Source: a virus | Strand: one strand, 5' to 3' | Virus record (IMG/VR): IMGVR_UViG_3300014645_000001 | DNA: 50,194 nt | In this document: one piece after another, positions 39,117-47,146 of the stretch | Layout: the number at the start of each line of letters is the position of its first letter | Position numbering within the stretch: position 1 is the first letter of the stretch | Notes under the pieces: model-generated | Told to the model about the DNA's origin: nothing | Database searches by the model: none | Seen by the model: the letters and a program-made list of their open reading frames with translations, nothing else | Program-made: the position numbers and the translations under genes

Positions 39117-40555
39117 CAACCTGGTCCTACCCGTTCACCCCGCACGCGAAGCAGAAGCGGGCACTGCAAGCCGGGGCCCGTGAAGTGCTCTATGGCGGCG
39201 CAGTTGCAGGCGGTAAGTCGGAGGTGCTGCTCGCCGCGTGCGTGGACCTGTGCACGCTCGTGCCGAACGCTAAAGCACTCATCGTGCGCCGGTCCCGCCC
39301 CGAGCTCCTAGAGCTCCACGAGCGCCTCCGTAGCCGGCTCCCCGAGTTCATTGCCACGTTCAGCAAGCAGGACGGGATCTACACGTTCTTCAACGGCGCG
39401 AAGCTCATCACCCGGTACCTCGACTCACAAGAGGACGCCACGAAGGTGCAGGGCTTCGAGGTGCAGATCGCGGCCTTTGATGAGCTTACGCATTACGAAA
39501 AGTCGTGGTACTCCGAGGTTGTATCCCGTCTGCGCGCCACCGGTCAAGTGAAGGCCGACATGGACCGGTACGGGTTGCAGCTGCGGGCCCTATCCGCGTC
39601 AAACCCCGGCGGCCGCGGGCACGCATGGGTGAAAGACCGGTTCGTGGACCCCGCACCGATGGGCACCGAGTTCGTGGGCGATGACGGCACGGACCGGCTG
39701 TTCATCCAGGCGACCCTCTACGACAACCCATACATCGACCACGAGGACTACATACGCAACTCCCTGGGCCCGCTGGACCCAGAGCGCCGGCGTGCGCTCC
39801 TGGAGGGCGACTGGACGATCCCAGCGGGCGTACGGTTCCCGCAGTTCCGTGAGAGCATCCACGTGATAAAACCCGAGGATCTGCCTATCGCCCCGGTGGG
39901 GCACGCGAGAGTGTGCGGTGTGGACTTCGGGTTCAACGACCCGTACGCGGCTGTGTGGATGGCTAAGGTCCACGGGGTGATCGTCGTGTACCGGGAGGAC
40001 CAGGCCACCGAGTTGACCGATGAGCAGCAGGCACAGCGGGTGCTCGCGTTGTCCGACGACGGTGACCTTATACATGGTGATGACCTGATCGTGCCACTGG
40101 ATGAGGCGGCGTGGCGCCGGTCCCCGAAGCACGTGGGGTCCTTACCTGATAACCAGGCCCCGTTGGGGTCCATGGCACGCGCCTACATGGACGTGCTGGA
40201 AGGCAAGGGCGCGCAGGTGGTGAAGGCCACGCATGGGCCGGGGTCCCGTGCTCACCGGTGGGCGACGTTGGACCGGATGCTCGCGGTGGACGAGACGACT
40301 GGGTTGCCGGGGATCTTGATCTACGACAATTGTCGGCAGTTGATTAGGGCGATCCAGTCTGCTCCCCGGGATAAGCGGAAACCTGACGATGTGGACACGC
40401 ACTGGAAGGACGACCACATCCTGGATGCCCTGTCTTACGGGTACATGGAGCTGCTGGGCCGCGACTACCACCGCCCCCTGAACGGTCATGAGCGTCTGCG
40501 TTTGGAGGGCACGAACCGCAGTGTGACGGCTGGTGCGCAAACGGTGTCGTTCTAG
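39113..40555 (+). CDS. terL: terminase large subunit
   Basis: Walker A GGAVAGGKS, with downstream ATPase and nuclease-like acidic motifs. 480 aa. Confidence 0.85.
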   Translation: MTTWSYPFTPHAKQKRALQAGAREVLYGGAVAGGKSEVLLAACVDLCTLVPNAKALIVRRSRPELLELHERLRSRLPEFIATFSKQDGIYTFFNGAKLITRYLDSQEDATKVQGFEVQIAAFDELTHYEKSWYSEVVSRLRATGQVKADMDRYGLQLRALSASNPGGRGHAWVKDRFVDPAPMGTEFVGDDGTDRLFIQATLYDNPYIDHEDYIRNSLGPLDPERRRALLEGDWTIPAGVRFPQFRESIHVIKPEDLPIAPVGHARVCGVDFGFNDPYAAVWMAKVHGVIVVYREDQATELTDEQQAQRVLALSDDGDLIHGDDLIVPLDEAAWRRSPKHVGSLPDNQAPLGSMARAYMDVLEGKGAQVVKATHGPGSRAHRWATLDRMLAVDETTGLPGILIYDNCRQLIRAIQSAPRDKRKPDDVDTHWKDDHILDALSYGYMELLGRDYHRPLNGHERLRLEGTNRSVTAGAQTVSF

Positions 40556-40678
40556 CCCCGGGGCGTGTGGTGGTGTACACTTTGGGTATTGGCCGGTGAG
40601 GGTCCCAACACACCTAACAAGGGTGTGGGCGGGGTGTCTGCTCTCACCGGCCACACGACTACCCGGAGGACAGTGGGC

Positions 40679-41104
40679 ATGGATCGCATGGAGAAGCTGG
40701 CGTTGAAGCGGCTGGGCTGGTCGGTTGCCGGCCTGGGTGTGCTCGGGGTGACCCGTGGGGTGCGGCGCCGTTACGGGGTACGTTCCGTGGGCCGTGTGCC
40801 CCTCCCCGTGGCCCTGGGCGTGTTGGGCGTGTCCGCACTGGTGCGGCACCAGCAGGAGGCCGCAGACAGGGACTACTGGTACGAGAAGGGCCGTCAGGAT
40901 GAGGCCGCTGACTTTGAGGCCGACAACGAGGCGCTGCGTGAGGTCGTGGGCCAGGAACAGCCCCCCACCCGCATTATCGACGCGGCTGGTAAGACCCAGG
41001 AGCAGGTTATCGCGGAGGCTAAGGAAGCCCTGAAGGGCAGCGACTGGCGTCTCGTCAGCGTTACCCCCTCACGGCACCAGCACCCGTCCAACGGGGGTAA
41101 GTGA
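40679..41104 (+). CDS. membrane-associated hypothetical protein
   Basis: RBS GGAGGA. Two hydrophobic segments followed by a charged C-terminus. Confidence 0.45.
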   Translation: MDRMEKLALKRLGWSVAGLGVLGVTRGVRRRYGVRSVGRVPLPVALGVLGVSALVRHQQEAADRDYWYEKGRQDEAADFEADNEALREVVGQEQPPTRIIDAAGKTQEQVIAEAKEALKGSDWRLVSVTPSRHQHPSNGGK

Positions 41105-41325
41105 TGGTTGGGCTGTTCTCTGCTGTTGTTGGTGCGTGGCTGGCTGGTTCCCTGCTGTGTTTTGTGTGGGGATTCATGCTCTGGAATTTCCCGGTCACAG
41201 ATGGGGATAAGCGGTTGGGTAGCCGGATGTTCCTGGTAACCCCCGTGTGGCCTGTAGCTTTCCTGGTGTGGCTCGTGATGAACTTCCGCAGGTTGCTCGC
41301 TGATGCTGGCCGGGGGTCGCGCTGA
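41101..41325 (+). CDS. small membrane protein (74 aa, 2 TM segments)
   Basis: GTGATG coupling and two hydrophobic helices. Confidence 0.5.
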   Translation: MMVGLFSAVVGAWLAGSLLCFVWGFMLWNFPVTDGDKRLGSRMFLVTPVWPVAFLVWLVMNFRRLLADAGRGSR

Positions 41326-41424
41326 TGCCTCGTCATCCGGAGTTGCAGGGTGTGACGCGCCGCCCGGTGGGTGACACTGGGTCCCGTCCGTCTGCCCGTG
41401 CTGGTGACACGTCAGAGTGTGTGT

Positions 41425-42975
41425 ATGACGACGACGAGTGAGCGTAAGGCCCTGGAACGTGAGGCCGGTTACCAGTCTGGTGTGGGCCGTGTGTGGGGGT
41501 TCGGGCGTGAGGGCGACAGGTTTGTGGCCGAATCCTTGGAACCGAACCCGGACCTGCGTGGGCTGCCGGCTGTGCGGGTGTGGGATGAGATGTCCCGCAC
41601 CGACGACCAGGTAGGCAGTGCCCTGCGTGCCCTGCGCACCCCGGTGACCTCCGCCGGGTGGGCGCTGACCAACACGGACGATGTGGACGACAACGTGGTC
41701 GAGTTCGTGCGCTCCAACATTGGTCTCCCGAAGGCGGGGGAATCACGGGGCCGGCGGGAGCATGAGGGCATCGTGTTCTCCGAGCACCTGGCGCAGGCGT
41801 TCAAAGCCGCGATCTACGGTCACGCCGCGTTTGAGCAGGTGTACGCGTACAACCCGGATGACGGGTTGCTGCACCTGCGGAAGCTCGCCCCCCGCGACCA
41901 GACCACCATCGAGGAGATCGAGGTCGGGGAGGACGGTGGGCTGAAGGCTGTGCGCCAGGCCGCCCCCGCCCTGGACGCGATGCGTGGTGGCATCCCCAAG
42001 GCCCGCCGTATCCCGGTGGAGTCGTTGGTGTTCTACTGTGTGGGCCGTGACGGAGCCGACTGGTACGGCACGTCGGTGCTCAGGCAGGCGTACCGGCCGT
42101 GGTTCTTCAAGGACCGGCTGGAGCGTATCGGTGTGCAGATCGTGGAACGTAACGGCATGGGCGTACCCGTCGCCACGGTGGCCCGGGACGCGGATCAGGG
42201 CATGGTGGATGAGGCGTTGGCGAACTTCCGTGCCGGGGCTACCGCGTTCGCGAAGTTCCCCGAGGGTGTGGACTTCAAACTGGTCGGTGTGTCGGGCTCG
42301 ACGGTGGACCCGCTGCCCCAGATCAAGCACTACTCCCAGCAAATCAGTAAGGCGTTGGCTCAGGGCTTCCAGGACCTTGGGCACGACTCCGGGGCGCGGT
42401 CCCTGGGTGAGACGTTCCTGAAGGTGGCGTTGCGTGCGTCCCAGGAGATCGCTGACCTTATCGCGGACACGTTCACCGAGCACGTCATCCGTGACCTCGT
42501 GGAGCTGAACTTCGGGGAGGGCACCCCGTACCCGGTGTTGTCCCCCGGGGACATTGTCGCCAACGGGGACACGGACTCCGCGGTGCTTGTGGACCTTGCC
42601 GGTGCAGGGCTCCTCACCCCCGACCAGGGCCTGGAAAAGCACCTGCGCGCCCAACACGGGCTCCCCGAACTCTCCGAGGACGACACCCCGCTGGAGGGCG
42701 ACAAGGCCGACGACCTCGCGAAGAAGGCCACCGCTGCTGGTGTGCTCATCCGCGCAGGGTTCGACCCTGAGGCTGCGATGACCACAGCCGGGTTGGACCC
42801 CATCAAACACTCGGGTCTGCTGCCGGTGACCCTGCAACGCCCCGAGGACACGAGGTCCGTGGACAAGACCCTGTCGAACACGGTTGGGCTATCGGACGGG
42901 TCGAACCTGGACCGGTTGGAGGCGCTCACCGAACGCCTCGCCGGCATGAGAGAAGCGAGGTGCCATGAGCAGTGA
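41425..42975 (+). CDS. portal protein (Mu gp29 / DUF935-like)
   Basis: ~517 aa. VRVWDEMSRTDDQVGSALRAL is typical of DUF935 portals. The start (41371 GTG or 41425 ATG) is uncertain. Confidence 0.8.
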   Translation: MTTTSERKALEREAGYQSGVGRVWGFGREGDRFVAESLEPNPDLRGLPAVRVWDEMSRTDDQVGSALRALRTPVTSAGWALTNTDDVDDNVVEFVRSNIGLPKAGESRGRREHEGIVFSEHLAQAFKAAIYGHAAFEQVYAYNPDDGLLHLRKLAPRDQTTIEEIEVGEDGGLKAVRQAAPALDAMRGGIPKARRIPVESLVFYCVGRDGADWYGTSVLRQAYRPWFFKDRLERIGVQIVERNGMGVPVATVARDADQGMVDEALANFRAGATAFAKFPEGVDFKLVGVSGSTVDPLPQIKHYSQQISKALAQGFQDLGHDSGARSLGETFLKVALRASQEIADLIADTFTEHVIRDLVELNFGEGTPYPVLSPGDIVANGDTDSAVLVDLAGAGLLTPDQGLEKHLRAQHGLPELSEDDTPLEGDKADDLAKKATAAGVLIRAGFDPEAAMTTAGLDPIKHSGLLPVTLQRPEDTRSVDKTLSNTVGLSDGSNLDRLEALTERLAGMREARCHEQ

Positions 42976-43162
42976 GTGGGAGTGCGTCCCGGGTGATGAG
43001 GTGCATGTGGTGCCCGTGGATGACCTGGTTAGGCACACGGTCGAGGATGATTGCGTGTGCGGCCCGGTGACTGAGCCTGTGCCCCGTGAGGATGGGTCTA
43101 TGGGGTGGGTTGTGTCGCACCAGTCGTTGGACAGGCGAGAACTGCGAGAGGTGAACGCATGA
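42965..43162 (+). CDS. small conserved-looking Cys protein (65 aa)
   Basis: HTVEDDCVCGPVTEPVPREDGSMGWVVSHQSLDRRE. It overlaps the portal gene end. Confidence 0.5.
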   Translation: MSSEWECVPGDEVHVVPVDDLVRHTVEDDCVCGPVTEPVPREDGSMGWVVSHQSLDRRELREVNA

Positions 43163-43515
43163 TTCCTGACCCTATTGGGGACGCGTGGTTGTACCACTGG
43201 TCTCCGAATACCCGACACAAGGGGATCAGCAGGTACGGTCTCGTACCCGGCAAGCAGTCGGTGTGTGGGGTTTGGCGTCCCCCATATGTGGCGTTCGGGT
43301 TGAACCCCATGAATGCGTGGGAAATGTCCGGCGCCATCCACCCCGAGGTGACCGAATGGGACCTATGGTCCGTGCACACGGATTCACTAACGGGGTGGGA
43401 GGTGATTCCCTTTGACAATGGGGAACCGCGTGAGGTCCGGGTGTATGATCCGGTGCCAGGGCGGGAACTATTCTACGTGGGCGTTCGTGCCCAGGAGGTG
43501 TCTGACCGGGGATGA
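43159..43515 (+). CDS. small putative ADP-ribosyltransferase-fold (H-Y-E type) protein
   Basis: LYHWS, PPYVAFG and EVRVYDPVP...LFYV are arranged like the PARP/Tpt1/DarT H-Y-E triad. ATGA-coupled on both sides and immediately upstream of MuF. Confidence 0.35.
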   Translation: MIPDPIGDAWLYHWSPNTRHKGISRYGLVPGKQSVCGVWRPPYVAFGLNPMNAWEMSGAIHPEVTEWDLWSVHTDSLTGWEVIPFDNGEPREVRVYDPVPGRELFYVGVRAQEVSDRG

Positions 43516-44387
43516 CTATTGACCTGCAGGATGAGCTGACGGCCCGGATCTCGGAGTTGTTGGCGGATGAGTTGGTGATCCTCGCGGAAGCAGGGGACGG
43601 GGCCAGTGTTCCGTGGGCTACCCGCCCGTTGTCGGAACAGGAGCAGGCGTCCGGGGTGAGGTTCGGGGAGATCCACGGGCTGCAGGAGACCCTACTCGAA
43701 GCCGTGGAGCCGGTGCTGGCTGGGTTGTCGGCGGTGACGGTGGCTGCGGTGGTGGGTGCTGCGGGTCGGTCCGCGAAGGACATGCTCGCGACCCTGGCGG
43801 CGTGGCGTGTGGAGTTGCCGGCGTCGGTGGCGGATGAGGTGGCTCGTGCGCTACCCGTCGTGGAGGACGCATTGGCATCCTCGTTCCGTGAGTCCTCCAG
43901 GCTCGTAGTCAAGGAAGCTGCACGGCAGGGCGTGAAACTCGCCCCCGTGGTGGAGCAGCCCGCCTGGGTGCGTGACCTCGCGGAGACTGTCACCGGGAAA
44001 CCTGTGGCACGTGTCCTGGACGTTGCGAGGGACCTGCACACCGCGCCCTCGGCGGTGGTCACCCCACCTGCACCCGAGGCCGTACAAGAGGCGTTGGAGG
44101 GTATCTCCCCCAAGGGTCCCGTGGACGTGGCACGGCAAGCGAATCACGCTGTCGTCAACGCGGGCCGGGTCGAGACATGGGAAGCGAACGATACTAAGCC
44201 GTCCATGTGGTATGCAAGCGAACTTGCTGATTCCAGGTCATGTTCCCGCTGCCTTGAGATTGATGGCGTCGAGTGGACGACCCTGGAAGAAGTGCGTGCC
44301 AACTATGGGCAAGGCGGGGGCTATGTGCTCTGCGAGGGCGGGCCGGGGCGGTGCAGGGGAACTGCGGTGGCGGTGTACGTGGACTGA
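43512..44387 (+). CDS. MuF-like minor capsid protein
   Basis: The C-terminal WYASELADSRSCSRCLEIDGVEW motif is typical of Phage_Mu_F / SPP1 gp7. It lies after the portal gene. Confidence 0.75.
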   Translation: MTIDLQDELTARISELLADELVILAEAGDGASVPWATRPLSEQEQASGVRFGEIHGLQETLLEAVEPVLAGLSAVTVAAVVGAAGRSAKDMLATLAAWRVELPASVADEVARALPVVEDALASSFRESSRLVVKEAARQGVKLAPVVEQPAWVRDLAETVTGKPVARVLDVARDLHTAPSAVVTPPAPEAVQEALEGISPKGPVDVARQANHAVVNAGRVETWEANDTKPSMWYASELADSRSCSRCLEIDGVEWTTLEEVRANYGQGGGYVLCEGGPGRCRGTAVAVYVD

Positions 44388-44420
44388 ACTAGCAGGTAGA
44401 ATTGGGGCACAACTAAAAAC

Positions 44421-44456
44421 GCCCCGGGCGGTGGTGGAACACCGTAACCCCGGGGC
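44421..44456 (+). terminator. compound GC hairpin after the MuF gene
   Basis: GCCCCGGG-CGGTG...CACCG-TAA-CCCGGGGC. Confidence 0.45.
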
Positions 44457-44478
44457 TGACCACTAGCAAGGAGTGGCT

Positions 44479-45216
44479 ATGGAAGAGACTACCAGACTGT
44501 GCAGCGTAGAGGGATGCAACCGTAAGTACCGTTGCATGGGGTACTGCGGAATGCACTACGGACGCCTCCGATCTGGCGGACAGGTGGGCCCAGCTCACTC
44601 GATGCAACGCAAACCCCAGGAATGCGAAGCTGACGGGTGCGGAGAGAGTGCAAAATACTCCGGCCTGTGCCGTTACCACTGGTACCACCGTAAGCGGGTC
44701 GAAGAGGTGGAAGCCGGAGACTACTACCGGATCTATAGCTGGGCCACGAACGAAGAGCGTCTCCAGGCTAAAGGGTGGACGGAATCCGTGGTCGTGCCCG
44801 AGCTTGGGCCGTGCTGGGAATGGAATGGCCTGCGGGACAAACGTGGGTATGGGCGCATCTGCGTGGCGGGCCGAAAGATGCGGTTCGCACACCGGATCTC
44901 TTACATGACTTGGGTTGGTGACCTTGAGCCCTCAGAGTACATCTGTCACATGTGCGATAACCCACCCTGCATCAACCCCGCGCATCTCTTCCCGGGCGAT
45001 CAGACGAAGAACATGTCTGATGCGGCCCGCAAAGACCGTACCGCCTACGGCGTGCTCCAGGGCCAATCTAAATTGACCGACGAAATGGTTCGAGAGATCA
45101 GAGAGCGGTACGTGCCCCGAAAGGTGTCTCAAGCGTATCTAGCGGCGGAGTACGGGGTGAGCCAGGCGACTATCAACAAGGTGGTACGAGGCAAGACTTG
45201 GCAGCGTGTCGCATAG
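44479..45216 (+). CDS. HNH homing endonuclease (zinc-ribbon repeats + HNH + C-terminal HTH)
   Basis: RBS AAGGAG. Motifs CSVEGCNRKYRCMGYCGMHY, CEADGCGESAKYSGLCRYHW, ICHMCDNPPCINPAHL and YGVSQATINKVVRG. The region looks AT-richer. Confidence 0.8.
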   Translation: MEETTRLCSVEGCNRKYRCMGYCGMHYGRLRSGGQVGPAHSMQRKPQECEADGCGESAKYSGLCRYHWYHRKRVEEVEAGDYYRIYSWATNEERLQAKGWTESVVVPELGPCWEWNGLRDKRGYGRICVAGRKMRFAHRISYMTWVGDLEPSEYICHMCDNPPCINPAHLFPGDQTKNMSDAARKDRTAYGVLQGQSKLTDEMVREIRERYVPRKVSQAYLAAEYGVSQATINKVVRGKTWQRVA

Positions 45217-45253
45217 CCCTCTTTGTCGCCCTGTCGTGTGGTACGCTTGATGT

Positions 45254-45324
45254 GCGGCAGTGGTGCAGTGGTAGCACGGCGGTCTCCAAAACCGCAGGCC
45301 GAGGTTCGATTCCTCGCTGCTGTG
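45254..45324 (+). tRNA. tRNA-Trp (anticodon CCA), no encoded 3' CCA
   Basis: Manual cloverleaf: acceptor GCGGCAG/CTGCTGT (two G-U pairs), D arm GTGC-AGTGGTA-GCAC, anticodon arm GCGGT-CTCCAAA-ACCGC, 4-nt variable loop, T arm CGAGG-TTCGATT-CCTCG, discriminator G. Confidence 0.8.
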
Positions 45325-45435
45325 CGTAGGTCCGACGGTCTCCTGCGACAAGCGGGGGCTGTTCACTGACGCCAGGATGGCCTCTGGCGAAAACGTGAGC
45401 CCTTTCCCTGTGGGGCCGGATATCTGGTACAGGGA

Positions 45436-45478
45436 GCGGTGACTGGCAGGCACCAGGGTTCGAGCCCCTGGCACCGCA
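45436..45478 (+). ncRNA. tRNA-like acceptor/T-arm minihelix, copy B
   Basis: GCGGTG / 11-nt bulge ACTGGCAGGCA / CCAGGG-TTCGAGC-CCCTGG / CACCGC + A. The geometry matches 24878-24920 with compensatory stem changes. Confidence 0.4.
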
Positions 45479-45483
45479 CATTG

Positions 45484-45526
45484 ACCGGGGCGTACGCGTC
45501 GCAGGACGTTACGCGCCCCGGTTTTC
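45484..45526 (+). terminator. intrinsic terminator after the tRNA / minihelix region
   Basis: ACCGGGGCG...CGCCCCGGT followed by TTTT. Confidence 0.55.
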
Positions 45527-45610
45527 CTTACCCCAGGGTACAGAGGCGCCCCTACCCCTCACAGGGTGGGGGCCTACCCATACAGCCGGTTCTTCTAGTA
45601 GGATGGTCCC

Positions 45611-45937
45611 ATGGGAATCCCGGAGATTCAGGCAGAATCGCTTCGACTGGTCAAGCAGTGGACAGCGGAGCGTAAAGCGATCCTTGACCGGAATGAAGAG
45701 TGGCGGCGGCGCTGGGAAGATCTGGGGGAGGACACGCCGGCTGACGAGATGCCCTCTGAGCTGTTCAAGATCCACGAGCCGGTAGAATGCTCCTACGACC
45801 CGAAGGTCATGCTGTGTAGAGAGTGCTATGAGACGTCCCCCGCGTGGATGGAGGAAGAGCCTGAGCAACGCGAATGGCCCTGCCCGACAGCCCGGGCTAT
45901 TGTTGGCTTCCTTGTCCCTGCCTGGGTGTTCGAGTAA
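45611..45937 (+). CDS. hypothetical protein (108 aa); possibly a leaderless transcript
   Basis: A TAGGAT -10-like hexamer at 45599-45604 lies 6 nt before the ATG, and there is no RBS. The region looks AT-richer. Confidence 0.5.
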   Translation: MGIPEIQAESLRLVKQWTAERKAILDRNEEWRRRWEDLGEDTPADEMPSELFKIHEPVECSYDPKVMLCRECYETSPAWMEEEPEQREWPCPTARAIVGFLVPAWVFE

Positions 45938-45959
45938 GACACGGTTCGTCAGGCCCCCG

Positions 45960-45987
45960 CCCCCACCTTTCAGGTGGGGGTCTTTTG
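45960..45987 (+). terminator. classical rho-independent terminator
   Basis: CCCCCACC-TTTCA-GGTGGGGG followed by TCTTTTG. Confidence 0.75.
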
Positions 45988-46007
45988 TATTGTCATACGG
46001 TAGAGTC

Positions 46008-47096
46008 GTGTTTGCATCATCATCTTTAGGGCGGGACGGTCACGTGGGAGTAGCGCATCTGGATAAAGCTCGTGCGGTGAAGAACGACGAGTTCTACACG
46101 CAGCGGGTGGACGTGGACCGGGGTATGGCACAGTTCACGGACCGTGACCCGGGCGTGTTCCGGGGTAAGACGGTTCTGTTGCCGTGTGATGACCCGGAGT
46201 GGAGCGCGTTCACCGCCCACTTCCTGGACAACTTCCACGCCTACGGGCTGGCGCGTCTAATCTCTACGTGCTACGCGAAACCCACCGAGATCATGGGCGA
46301 GCAACCCCGTGGTAGGGTGCTGGACACCACCACGGGCGACGAGTCCTGGTCGTATCTGGACGGGGATGGTGACTTCCGCAGCACGGAGGTCACAGCGTAC
46401 CGGGACCAGGCGGATGTGGTTATCACGAACCCGCCGTTCTCTCAGCTCAACGAATTCATGGGGTGGGTTACCGGGGCGGACGCCAGTGTGGCTGTTGTTG
46501 CCCCGGTGGCTGCTCTCGGGTACCGGGGGGTGTTTCCGCATATCCAGTCTGGGCGGGTGTGGGTAGGGGACGCGGCGTATCGTGCGCCGTCCCGGTTCCT
46601 CGTCCCTGATAACCAGGGCGTCAAGGATGTGTCCTCGGTATGGTTGACCAGTGTTGCGTCGAACCCGAGGTGCCATAGTCCTCTCCCATTGAGGGCCATG
46701 GCGGAGAACCGGGCACTGGCTGATGGGAAGCGGTCTGCACGTTTCTTGTACCGGGGCTACGTCAACTGCCCTGCGATGGAGGTTCCGCGTGTTGAGTGGG
46801 TACCAGATGACTATGAGGGGCTGATGGGTGTGCCTCTGAGTTTCTTGCAGAAGCACCCGCCGCACCAGTTCGAGTTGGTTGGCATCGCGTCCCAATATGA
46901 CCCATGGTTCAAAGCGCATGGCAAAAAGTACGGGCAACAGCGGTGTTGCCGGGACGGTGAGCTGGTGCGAGTCGCCAATAATCTTGACAAGGGCGGCGTT
47001 TTCATCCACGACCCTGAGCCCGGTGACTACTACGCCGAAGTCCAAGGTGTGCCTCATGTGGGCACGTTTACCCGGGTGATTATCCGCAGGCGGTGA
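46008..47096 (+). CDS. adenine-specific DNA methyltransferase, EcoRI-methylase-like family
   Basis: Motifs NDEFYTQ, GKTVLLPCDDPEWSAF and catalytic VVITNPPFS. The start (GTG 46008 or 46044) is uncertain. Confidence 0.65.
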   Translation: MFASSSLGRDGHVGVAHLDKARAVKNDEFYTQRVDVDRGMAQFTDRDPGVFRGKTVLLPCDDPEWSAFTAHFLDNFHAYGLARLISTCYAKPTEIMGEQPRGRVLDTTTGDESWSYLDGDGDFRSTEVTAYRDQADVVITNPPFSQLNEFMGWVTGADASVAVVAPVAALGYRGVFPHIQSGRVWVGDAAYRAPSRFLVPDNQGVKDVSSVWLTSVASNPRCHSPLPLRAMAENRALADGKRSARFLYRGYVNCPAMEVPRVEWVPDDYEGLMGVPLSFLQKHPPHQFELVGIASQYDPWFKAHGKKYGQQRCCRDGELVRVANNLDKGGVFIHDPEPGDYYAEVQGVPHVGTFTRVIIRRR

Positions 47097-47146
47097 CACG
47101 CGGGCTGTGCCTGACGTGGGGGTGTGGTTGGTGTCATGGTGGGGTC

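Noticed and set aside
41325-41441. A 38-aa ORF (ATG 41325, TGATG-coupled) between the small membrane gene and the portal gene.
   Set aside because: The product is Arg/Pro-rich and the ORF overlaps the likely portal start. An upstream GTG portal start (41371) explains the region equally well, so there is not enough support to call it.
45828-46007. The upstream extension of the methyltransferase ORF (track start 45828).
   Set aside because: It overlaps the end of the preceding gene and reads through a classical terminator (45960-45987). The translated sequence is Pro/Arg/Ser-rich. The family-typical N-terminus (…NDEFYTQ) starts shortly after GTG 46008/46044.
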